From contig RSEE01000014.1 in NCBI GenBank assembly GCA_003971905.1, forward strand, positions 186,001 to 250,000: DNA of 64,000 bases, written 5' to 3'. The DNA is from Moniliella sp. 'wahieum'. Lineage: Eukaryota. Below are positions 37,037 through 47,942 of the stretch, piece after piece. The first letter of the stretch is position 1; every line of letters begins with the position of its first letter. Under the pieces are notes generated by a model that did not search any database, had not been told where the DNA came from, and saw only the letters and a program-made list of their open reading frames with translations. The position numbers and the translations under genes were made by a program.

Positions 37037-37950
37037 TGTCACGGGGCGGGCGCCGCCAGGGGGCCCGCCCTGGGGGTTTAAGGGGTACAATCCCTTGGGG
37101 TCCTAAGGGCGACTCACGGTAGTTACGCGCTTGGGCTGGTTGGTGGGTCCGCTGCGGAGCTAGGGACAAGGAGTGGCCTCTCGGCGTATAGCAGAGACGG
37201 CTGCACTGAGTGTGGCAAGGCTGACCGGCTTGGGCGGCAGTCATAGCGTGTCTGAAGCCTTCGGGCTCAGGGAAGGGGAAGGCAGCAGAGGACCGATGCT
37301 GCTGGACTGAGGCTGGGCTGAGACTGGGGCGGGGGTGGCGAAGAACCAGATCACACGCGGCTTAACTGGTCTGGACCGATTCGTGGCACGAGGAGGGCTC
37401 ACGCGGACTAGGGGAACTGAGTACTGAGTACTGAGTACGAGGACGAGGACGAGGGCTGGCGATCTGCGCCGGGAGTAGAACGTCGACTAAGTGCGGGAGG
37501 AGTTGCCTGTACTGAATCAATTGGCGAGACGCGGGCAGGGGGTGAAGGGGTGAACAGGCGAGGAGACAAAGGCGACGAAGGGGGGTGACGAAGAGGACAA
37601 GCGACGAAGGACAAGCGACGAAGAGACAAGCGACGACGATGGACAAGGGTTGACGAAGGACAAGTGATGAAGATGGACCGTGGGAAAAGCCACGAACCAT
37701 TGCTAACAGGCAGGGGGACTAAAAGGGAAACAAGGCAACAGAGGGAGAGGGAGAAAGGGGAGAACAGGGGAGACGTAGAAAGGTAAGGGAAACAGGCATG
37801 GGGCGACTAGCGTCGCTATCAGACACAGAGAAGTAAGATCAACAAGCACGGGGCGACTACTAGCGTCGCAAGAAACACAACGGGGGAGCGGGGAGCGACG
37901 AAACTGAGAGGTTCTCAATCAACTGAGGCGGAAGGCGACTATTGTCGCTG
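37037..37950 (+). mobile_element. Degenerate LTR remnant, same family as 42331-43181
   Basis: Starts TGTCACGGGG. Collinear with the solo LTR (GGGCGGGCGCCGCCAGGGG, GGGGTACAATCCCTT, GCGGAGCTAGGGAC, GTGTCTGAAGCCT, TGCCTGTACTG, GGCGACTATTGTCGC). 3' end not identifiable. Confidence 0.75.
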
Positions 37951-38416
37951 AGTACGTAGACTTGGACGTCGGCCGGCGCTTGCTCTTCGGGGACAGGAAC
38001 GAGGTAGGGGATGTGCAACAGTGTCCAGCGGGGTTGATCTTGAACGGGAACCAGGTGGAAACTGAGTCTACACCAGTCTTGGGCCGTGAAAGTTCTCCAC
38101 AGTTTAGATTCAGGAGAATGCCGGAGCAATGAGTGGTTGGCAACCTGGAGCGGCGAAGGAGGCACCTATAAGAGAAGGACGAGATGTCGGTATACCGGAT
38201 GGATTGACGAGGGTGGAGAGGCCAGCTGATTGCCAAAGATCGGTGGTCAAGAGCCAAGGGATCATGGGGAATCTGTTCCCCCGAGAAGGGGGGAGTTCCT
38301 CAAACTGGTGCAGCCCTCCCTTAAAAGCCCACTTCCCCACAAACTGTCAAGGGCTGCGCTGGATCTGAGATGGGCTATCCAAGCTAAAGCCCGCCTGTTC
38401 TGCACATGCTGTTGTG

Positions 38417-38577
38417 TGGGTTAATTGCGTGCTACACTGGTGACACGCGACCAATGGCACTGCAGCAGCAGTGTGCATTTTTCCTCTTCTCCCTTCCTCT
38501 GAAATGGGAGTATAGCCTTTCATGTGAGAGCTATGCAATGAACATGATGACTTTACCACCTCTATCCCCAGTTCGCT
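38417..38577. repeat. Dispersed repeat of about 160 bp, inverted copy at 43428-43591
   Basis: GCTACACTGGTGAC..TGGCACTGCAGCAGCAGTGT..ATGACTTTACCACCTC..ATCCCCAGTT matches the reverse complement of 43428-43591. Confidence 0.85.
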
Positions 38578-41500
38578 ACGCCATTCATCACATTTTTGTC
38601 TCCAAGAGAGAGCAATACTTTAGGGATAAACAAGACATAATAACTTATCGAGCGTCCTCAACAAGGCGTATATTGGCCAACATCTCCCACCGTGTCTGTC
38701 AGACAGCAGAGTTGAATGTGATGTGGTTTGATGACAGGAGGTGGGTCTAGGCCCAGCAGAGAACAGAAGAAGTGAGAGGGATGATGGGGCCCGGTGGGGC
38801 TGGTCTGGCGACCTATTGGACATAATCGAATCTAGACTCTGCGCTAGTCGGGCGGGCATCTAAACCGTCATCCCGATCGCGGGTTCCCCAGGTTTGACCC
38901 GGCTGTGGACACATTACTGAAGGTTTTTTTTTATTTCTTTCTGACGCTTACTACAGGTGTTTTCTCCTTTTGTGTATACTACCATAATCATCTACATTAT
39001 TCTGCCAGAGGCCCCTCAACCATTTTATTTTGACCTTGAATAAAAACAAATAGAAATATCTAGCTGTCGCACAACACTCCACTCAGCTCATCTCGGTGTC
39101 ACCCTGGAGAGCGTAGGTGTTGTCTGAGGTCCCCTCACTTCAAGTCGATAGACAAAGGTCAGCGTGGTGCCATTGACCTCAACAATACTGGTGTCTGCCA
39201 TTGTGATGCTGCGCATGTTGCATCCATTCTCTCCAGGATGGCTCAATCTAGCCTGTGCATAATGGCGGTGACTATGCAACAGGATTCCTTACAATAACAT
39301 GTCCCAGTGGTAACTACACCTGGGCATATACATTAGGGGCATTTTTTTAATACGCTTTGAATCATGGCAGGTAATGATGCTCTAACGCACTGCCTGTTCG
39401 ATCGTGGATCAGAGACAGCTTTATCCAGTTCACAGGTTAGAAACGTCTAAACAGACAAAATGTGGGTGGATGACGGACTTGTTCAAATCAGCTATTAACT
39501 GGGGTGAGCTTTCCGCGCACCTCATTTTCGGACTGCCAATTGGTGAAGCGCTGAAGTCAAACTTAGGCCCTCAGGGCTCAGTTGTCTTGCTGGATCGGAT
39601 GCTACGCAGTCTTCGTACGTGGCAGAAGACAATTGGGTTGCCTCCATATATCCCTTACGCGTGAATGAAAGGAAACGGGAAGCAGAGGAGGGAGATGGAT
39701 GAGGGGGCACATCGCGCTAACCTTTTCAATCGGACCAGGTGAGCTTCAACGATCAACTCGGGGACTGTGCCGGAGAGCAATAACACTTCTCAGAACAATG
39801 CCAGCATTGGTGTTGAGCTGAGGGTATATATAGCGCCAGCGGCGCGAACCTGATTTTGAATTTATTTTGACAGGAGGTATCCAGAACCTCCTGGAAAATT
39901 CATTGTGGAAGAATATCCCTCCATGAAGATGGAGACATCCTATGTTTATTTGGTCTTGGGGCTACGATGGATGAATCATGACCTATATACAGCCAACATA
40001 TGGTATGCTACGTGGACCAGCGAACGCTTTTACTCCCCGAAATATAATGATCCCAAAGCAATACTGAGACCCAGGATTGTGGCCGCCGTGTCTCCTGGGG
40101 TTGGTGTTGTGCTGGGACGCTGCGGGTTCCAACCGCTCTTGTTCGCATCCAAGAATTATTTCCCTTTTGTATTGACGACGGGAGGATATTACGCAACAAG
40201 AAAGTAGGCAAAATCCCCATGATCTGGAAGGAATTAACAAACGAATATCAACGGACATGGTTCAGCACTGGGATATCTACTATGTTCATGCGTACCCACA
40301 CATGTTATCTAGGGGGTATGTGAACTGAAAGTGGCCTCCAAAGAGTCTGTACGTTCCGGCAGGCGGTTTCCCTGTTTCCTCAAGCAGAGTTGGTGGTATC
40401 AAGTAGGACACGCAGGATGAACGGGTCGGTTGAGGTGCAGCGGTTCTTTTCTCAGCGATAGGCTCTGTTAATAATATGATCAAGGTATTGGAATTGGCAC
40501 AAAGCTCGTTTCGTCGCTCGAATAGCTAGCTGTAAGCATAACTAACGACTGAGGCATGGGAAATGATTATCCTGGGTGCCTACTCAATCATTACTTGCAG
40601 CATTTTTCACATCTAACTGATAAACGAGAAAACATATCCGTAGGTTCATCTGAACTTATGTGAGGGTGCTGACAGAAGCGTACAACGTATAGCACAGCAG
40701 TGTGATAGATGTCACTCTGGTCACAGTGTGACGGAGGTAAGGTACTACGAATTCACTAGACGTGCCTCGGTTGATCGGTGACGCTCGCCAACTAGGGTGG
40801 AAGAGTTGACCTCGCTGGTAACCCATCCCCCTGTTCTAACGCTATCTCTCCTGTCTCCGCTGTCTCCTTCCTTTAGGGTGTTGCATAAATACTCGTTGCT
40901 CATCTGTTTATCGTCTCGGCATGTCTGAAAGTTGCTTTGTAGCTGATCTGTGAGAAGATCGGGGTGCTGGCTCCCAAATCGACACAAACACACTGTTGTC
41001 TGCGCAAATATTGGATTCAGCAACTATGTTGACTAACTTCAGTCATACATGCACATCTTTAGCTGACAACAGTATTACCCTGCCAACCCGATTTGGAAAG
41101 GAAGACCAACAAAGTAAGATGCATAACATTATTTTACGGTAATGGCCACTGAAACATCAATTTGTCACCGTTTTGCTGAACGTATACCCATGTCCAATCT
41201 ATTTATCCCAAGGATCTCGATTTTCCACGTTTTTATTATCAGTTTACATGGGCCCTTCAGCAGTTGAGCAGTACCCCATCTGGGGGACATCTCGGCGTAT
41301 AGAAGATGGCGCTTGAATGGCAAGGCTGCGGAGGTAGGTATTTTTTGGTCAGATCTGATATCCATATTCCACAGCGGATCACGAAAAGACATCATTTATG
41401 TTTAAGATATAAAATACCTTCAAAAATGTCGGAGGAGTAATTTGCCGTGGGTGAGGCAATTCTGTCAGCGCTGCAGGTCAGTGACGTCGTCAATGTCACC

Positions 41501-42330
41501 ACTCTGAACGTCAGATATGTCCTCGATGTCATCCCCTTGAACGTCAAACACTTCCTTGACATCAACGACCTCTTTTTCGACGTCGCTGACATCATTTTCC
41601 TCAAAACCATGCAACACGTCGCCGATGTCAGCCTCCGGACATCGCTGATATTTTTTACCTCTTTTTGAAATCCGCTGTGTCCCGGTGTGAATAAAGCAGC
41701 GTAAGAAAATTCTTCCATCTGACGGGGATCAGTGTAACGGGAACCGGGACTGCATGACACGTCGGGCTCTTAGCGACTGAAACTATGCTAGAGCTGAGAG
41801 ATCTACTAGGTTTATGTTGGGTGCCAGCAAGAAGGCAGAGAGAACAGAGACTTCAATTAAGAGGGGAAAGAGTTGCCTGTACCGTATACGGACAACCGAA
41901 TCAGGAGAGGATGGAGGGAAACATAAAATGAACAAAGCGGAGTCGTCCCCCACCATTCCCTCGTAGGCTGGGAACAATGAAACAACCGGTCTAGCTGGGG
42001 CCCCAGGTGTTAAGGACAAACAATATAGACAAAAGGGCACGGTCGTCGCCAAGGATTAAAAATATGGTCGATGATAGTCGATTTGGCCACCTACGGACAC
42101 GTTACGAGTGCCCCACTATTACCGTGAGACTGGATTGGGGCTGATAGGAGTGAGTGTTGCTAGAATAGGACAAAGGATCGCGCAGGAAGACCGTAACAGG
42201 GACGCCCTCGGGCCTCACAGTTGCTTCGAGCAGTTTGACTCGGCAGTGACGCGTTGCCGGTGGAGCAACGCCCCCGGTTCACTCCTGTTGACCTGCGCGT
42301 TGCGTGCGACCTTTTCCACTAGCAGTAGGG

Positions 42331-43181
42331 TGTCATGGGCGGGCGCCGCCAGGGGCCCATCCTGGGGTTTTGGGGTACAATCCCTTAGGCGACGGTAGGT
42401 CGACTCATGGTAGTTTGGGGCTTAGGCTGGTTGGTGCGTCCGAGCGGAGCTAGGGACGAGGAGAGGCCTTTGGTGGGGCGGCTGCACGTGTGGCAAGGCT
42501 GCGTCTGCACCGGCTTGGGCCCGTAGTAACGTGTCTGAAGCCTCCGAGACTTAGGGACGGGAGGAGGCAGAGGGGGACAAACACTGCCTCAACAGAGACT
42601 GGGAATCGCCGCGACCAGAGGAGGGCTCGCGCGATTGGACTGACGAAGGGCTGGAGGACGAGGTCGGAGAGAAGTCGGACGCTAACAAGAGAAGCTGCCT
42701 GTACTGGATAAATTTGGCTGGAAACGGGCAGGAGTCGGACAGGATAGACGGGAAGGCGAGAGGATGACGAGAAAGGACGAGAAGGACGAGAATGGAAGGT
42801 GGGGGAAAAGATCCCCATCAACCAGGGGTACAGGCAGGATCAAAAGGGAAACGGATACAAGAGGGGGTGTAGAAAGGAAGACATGTCAAAAGCGGGGTTG
42901 GTCGCCGCAGGCGCGACCGAGAAAGGAAAAGGAAACGGGAACGAGGCGGCAGACGCCGCCACGGCATTGGAAGCTCGGTGGCCTTATTTAGGCCGGCCGA
43001 CTTGGACTTGGGCGGGGGGCGACTATTGTCGCGCGGAGCATGGCCCTTGTGCCACCGCACAGGGTACAACCAACCATCATCATACTTGGTTGGCCTGCGG
43101 AGCACGCTCTACTGGGCATGTGCGGAGCCGGCGGGCCTTAGCTTCGGTCGGACCATCTCGTGTCCGCCGCAGCCCGTGACA
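42331..43181 (+). mobile_element. Solo LTR (851 bp), TSD TAGGG
   Basis: TGTCATGGG...CCCGTGACA termini (imperfect inverted ends); TAGGG at 42326-42330 and 43182-43186; related copies at 37037 and 46948. Confidence 0.85.
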
Positions 43182-44572
43182 TAGGGGGTGGTGGTTTAGC
43201 TGGAAGCGGGATCACATGCGGGTGCACAGAGCTAGACTCGGAGGGACGGAGAGCTCGAGACGGGGGCTGTGGAAGATCACGTCTCTTCGAGAAGCGGCGG
43301 ATGAGCAACTAAAGAGGAATTGCCGCGGTTGTGCTGGGTTGATCACAATTGTGGCGAGGACAGAAGGAGAGGAAAAGACGTTAAGGGAATGTTGGGGGAA
43401 ACCACGAAACATTGCTTACTACTGTGCAGCTAACTGGGGATGGAGGTGGTAAAGTCATAACATTGACTGCATCGCTCCCACAAGAGCTAGTATGCTCCCA
43501 TTCACAGGAAGGATAAAAGATAAAAACACTGCTGCTGCAGTGCCACTGGTCGCATGCCACCGGTCACCAGTGTAGCGCGCAATTCATCCACGCACTGGCA
43601 ACACTTACAAACAGGGACTAATAGGGAAAAGATGCAGTAGACTCAGGAAGTACGGGGGACAAAGAAGAACAGGGGGGACGATTAGTTTGCCGCACGCGTA
43701 CCCTGGAAAAGTATGGTAAAGAGGCACGGGAGACTATCGTCGCATAGCAGGATATGATGACGATTGCATGGGTGTGGCCACGCGGTGGGTGCCAATCCAC
43801 AAGGGGAAAGGGACTATTGTAGCGCGGATACGTAGAACTGGTGATCGGGCGGGTCGGCTGCTCGCTACTCACTATCGGACTGAATTGGATTTGGGAGCGA
43901 GCCTTATCGTTCAATGTGGGTAGAGCAGACGGGCCTTAGCGGCAGAGAACGGATCAGTCCGGATTTTACCCGATGACCATGCAGGAAGGCCAACCTGGGG
44001 ACGGAGTTAGGAAGGGGAAATATAAGGAGCGCGTAGGCTCCGCCGGGCTTTTACTATCCCGCCTTCGCCTGTTATATAAGGCCACACCCCCACTACCCTG
44101 TATACCTGCATTGGCATGCACCTCAAAAGACACGTCCTCTATCTGGATAATGATATGGGAAAAGACGATACTCTGAGGAAGGGATCATCGATCCGTCATT
44201 GATCTTGATTCAAGCGACACAGCTCGGATGAGAACAGACGCGAAAGTGTGAAAAAAGTATTCAGAACTGAATTCTACTCACTCCCCTCTCGACGTGTTCC
44301 ACGACGACACCGTGTACGGACGAAGGACACACCCGAAGCAGCTGCGTGCTGCTGTACGTTTCTGGGTCCTAGGCGTGAGGGCCTGGTGCGTTCGCGGGGG
44401 CGTGTGGGGGTGGGATGAGGAGCGTGATGGCTGGGTGGCATCACTGGGATTGCAACGGACCTCATGTATTGCCACTATGGGTGCCGTCGCATGTTAGGAC
44501 ACATACGAGTTTACGGTGTGACGAGCGACATCACAAGAGAATAAATCGGCTGAAATGGCTGCACTTTTTACC

Positions 44573-45670
44573 TCAGCTGCCCCGTGACACGTTCCCAGCC
44601 ACCCGCAGCCAGAGTATCGGTGATATTATTTGCCCTCTCCAGCGTGGAAGGCGTCCAGCGTGGAATGGTGGACCGGGGGAACGGTGGCTACGGTGGCGAC
44701 GGTGGACTGGGGGAACGGTGGCTAAGGTGGCGACACAGCAGACCGGGCCGTAGGCCCGGTGGTCTTCTCGTTGTACATATAGGTGGTAGCCTGGTGGCGA
44801 ACGGTGAGGGTAGGCCTGTGCCCAACGATGGTTCATCGTTTCGTACTCCCTTGTCACAGTACGAATTTGAGTAGTCGCATATGCATAGAGCTTTTGAATT
44901 TTCCCGATTTGGTTCTTGAGCTCTTGGTACTCTTCTTCCTTGTCCCAGCCCTGAGGAGGCTCAGGGGGACTGCTGTCCATCGCCTTGCTACCACGTACGG
45001 GAGAAGTTCGTTTCTTATATTCGTCTTGCGGCGGATCAGGTACAACAAATCGGGTCGACTAGCACAGAAGTAAGGGTGCTTAAATTTCCACATGTGGCCA
45101 AACGTTTCGAGGCTGATGGTGCTTGCTGGCAGGCCAAAAAGTTGCTTGAGCCAAGCAGGCTCTTTTGTGATGTTTTCGAACCGAGCTTGTCGAGTGTGCC
45201 GACAAAGGAAGCAAAGCTGGAGTACTTTTTGTTGAAGCCGATGCGAAGCACCACGCTTGTAAATTGATCGTCGTTCTGCATGTAATCAACAGGCATCGTA
45301 TCACAGGCACAGTCTTTGTTCAGAACACCTACCCAGCAATACAACACATCTGAGTCAAAAAGAAAGAGAGTATTGACGTACAACAATCAGAAATGAGTCA
45401 CCAGTAGATGACCAGCGCACGAGGTGGTTCCACGCACCATCTTCGAGCATGTCAAAGAGCTTGCGGATAACACGAGGGGGTTTGTCCTGTTGGGACCCCT
45501 TCTTCTTTTTTCCCACTTTGGCGCTCGTTCCCCGGGTGGGTATGGCCGGGCGGGGCGGATAAAGTGCTTGACTCCCTCCGGATTGCCTGGCGGTTGTGTG
45601 TTGGAGGAGGAGGGTTGGTAGTATACTGCAGTGATCTGCACCGGGGGGAGAGCAGGTGCGGATATGACAT
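44573..45670 (-). CDS. Divergent HSF-type DNA-binding domain protein (Skn7/Hsf-like, no receiver domain seen); possibly a pseudogene
   Basis: PRVIRKLFDMLEDGAWNHLVRWSSTGDSFLIV | intron about 45381-45276 | NDDQFTSVVL..SSFASFVGTLDKLG..MWKFKHPYFCASRPDLLYLIRRK, then a coiled coil YQELKNQIGKIQK. Several frameshifts. Confidence 0.75.
44619..44760 (+). repeat. Partial copy of the arm of the 63.5-64 kb palindromic element, ending in hairpin ACCGGGCC-GTA-GGCCCGGT
   Basis: Shares TCCAGCGTGGAA, GGTGGACC, GGGGGAACGGTGGCTACGGTGGCGA and GACCGGGCCGTAGGCC with 63589-63707. Confidence 0.85.
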
Positions 45671-46947
45671 GGGGGATGGCGGGCGGTGGGTGATGGTGGG
45701 AGGGTGGATGGAAGGAAATCCAGATGCACCCCCCTACTTATACTACTGTGGGGGAAGGATGCTCTCGTCTCGTGCGGAAGGAATGTCTGCCCCCCCGCTG
45801 AGACGCAAGAGGAGAAGCCGAGACTGCCGAACCATTCAATCAATAATCATCGATCATCTTCCAGTTGTGTGTGCTCTACTACTGCTCACTTGCTGTTACT
45901 GTGTCTATCTACAGTCGTCACTTGCGCCACGGCGACGCGTCATTAGTCACTCCTGGTCTGTTTACGCGGTACGGAAAAGAGCGGGGCCCCGCCGCCTGGG
46001 GTTGCGACTTCCGGGTGCCGCAGGACACGAGTAGTAAACGTTGGACGGGTCTCAATTGCGACTCAAACTTCGCATCGCGTCATGCAAAGGTCTTAATATC
46101 CAACGGGACCAGAGGGAAACATCACCTCTGTGTCCGCGCCCAAAATGGCTCTCCACTGCTGCACCAACTAGAACACAGTCTACGCCCACTGCAACCCGCG
46201 TCCCGGACTGTGGGAAGAGTCCGTCCAAAAGTATACCGACAGCTTACCCGCGCACGTAGAGACTATACTATCAGAAAGGCTTTATTCTTCCCTCAAAGGC
46301 CTCATCAACCACTGCAGCACCATACACATGTTATGTTACTCATACCCCGTTACTTTCATATCATACCAACAAAAAATGGGTAGCACGCTGTGTGGTACTG
46401 TGCATAACCAACAGTTTCACCACGGTGCTAATATACTAGCATCGTGGACAACACCCCAACTCTTCCCTTCAAAAAACAGAGCGAACTAATAATAGCCAAA
46501 AGGGACAGGTACAACGCTCACTGTATTCCGTTGTCATGCATAGTTGCCAATTAGGGTCACTATAGTAGGTATAATACTGACCAACGCGGCACTCTGCGCC
46601 ACTCTCCTCACCCTAGCGTAATTCGATCTTATAGTATGCCTTCATGAAGCGACTGAGTCGGAAGCAGAGTATACACTCACAGACGGATGTACACTAAAGT
46701 CTGCCTCAGATTATATCTAACTGGCTAAACCAAACACAAACCACAACGTTGGCAAGTTTCCTGTGATTCTTACGGCGTATATTCACCGGGCTCTCCCTAC
46801 TACGAGAAAAGCAAAATACGCTCGCAAGGTAATAGGCCGTTGATGCTTCAATGATTGAGTGTGCAGTTCGGACATCACAACAGAGACCGCCATACACCGG
46901 AAAGATGGATGCTAAGGAAACTTGTGTACGACTGCCATGCATGAAGA

Positions 46948-47236
46948 GTAGTAACGTGTCTGAAGCCTTTGGGGTTGAGGGACCGAGAGTGTGGCAGCGG
47001 GTGACAAACACCGCCAGAGCTGGGACGAGGGACTGGACTTGGCCTCGATTCGAGCTGGAAGAGGGCCCGCGCGACTCGACTGGAATTGGATTCGACATAG
47101 TAGCTGTAGGATGATCCACCCGACAGGACACTGGAGAGGTGGGAGGGGATAAACAGACGAGGACAGATATCGAGGAGACGATTACGGGAAGAGACAATGT
47201 TCCTTATACCGGATGAATTGGCTGGAAACGAGCAAG
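46948..47236 (+). repeat. Further fragment of the solo-LTR family
   Basis: GTAGTAACGTGTCTGAAGCCT, GACAAACAC, GAGGGC.CGCGCGA, TTGGCTGGAAACG shared with 42523-42730. Confidence 0.7.
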
Positions 47237-47942
47237 ACTCAGTGGCCTTTATAACCCACCGACTTCACGTGTCCAGGGGACGATTGTTGTTGCACGGATA
47301 CGTGTGGCCCTGGTTGCCACACTGCTGGCACCGCTCATGGTTCGAACAATGACACGATGGAGCTTGGTTGAGTTTGGGAGCGAGCTCTATTATGGGCTTG
47401 GGTAGAGCAAAGGGGGACCATAGACTGTAGAGTAGATTAGATCGGATCACATCCAACGCTACCCATAAAACATCACACCGACTCTCCTTCAAAAGGCGTG
47501 TCCTGGCGCCTTGCCATCAGGGGGTAGTTTCTGCATCATACTCAGTCCACTCCAACGAGGAGGCGATGGCATTACCGTTGGTCATTCAACGAACCTGGGG
47601 TCGGCGGGGTGTTGAGCCACCGTGGGTGTTGGCTCCTGTGTTTTGGCCAACGTCCTTTAGTCACTAGTCATCCCTGCACTCAGGGCTAGGAGTTGCTTTT
47701 CGCTTCTGTGTTTTCTTTGTTCCGCAGCCTATTGTTCCAATTGAGCGCGGTGGACAGTCAATTCATTCAATCAACTCCAGCTGCAATGTTCAACAACCGT
47801 CGACGTGCGAGGGCCGTGTGCTGACATAAGCCGGATGCCGGTCCGTCGCGTGCCCCGAAGCGACGGCCGTCGCGGTCGCCATCACCCCCATCGCCTCGGC
47901 CCGCCCCTCCCCGTCCCCCCCCCTTGGTCGTGGCGTCTCACC

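Noticed and set aside
37037..44589. A single 7.5-kb element bounded by TGTCACGGGGC ... GCCCCGTGACA
   Set aside because: The 11-bp inverted match is real, but the flanks (CCAAT versus CGTTC) give no TSD and I find no transposase or pol remnant inside.
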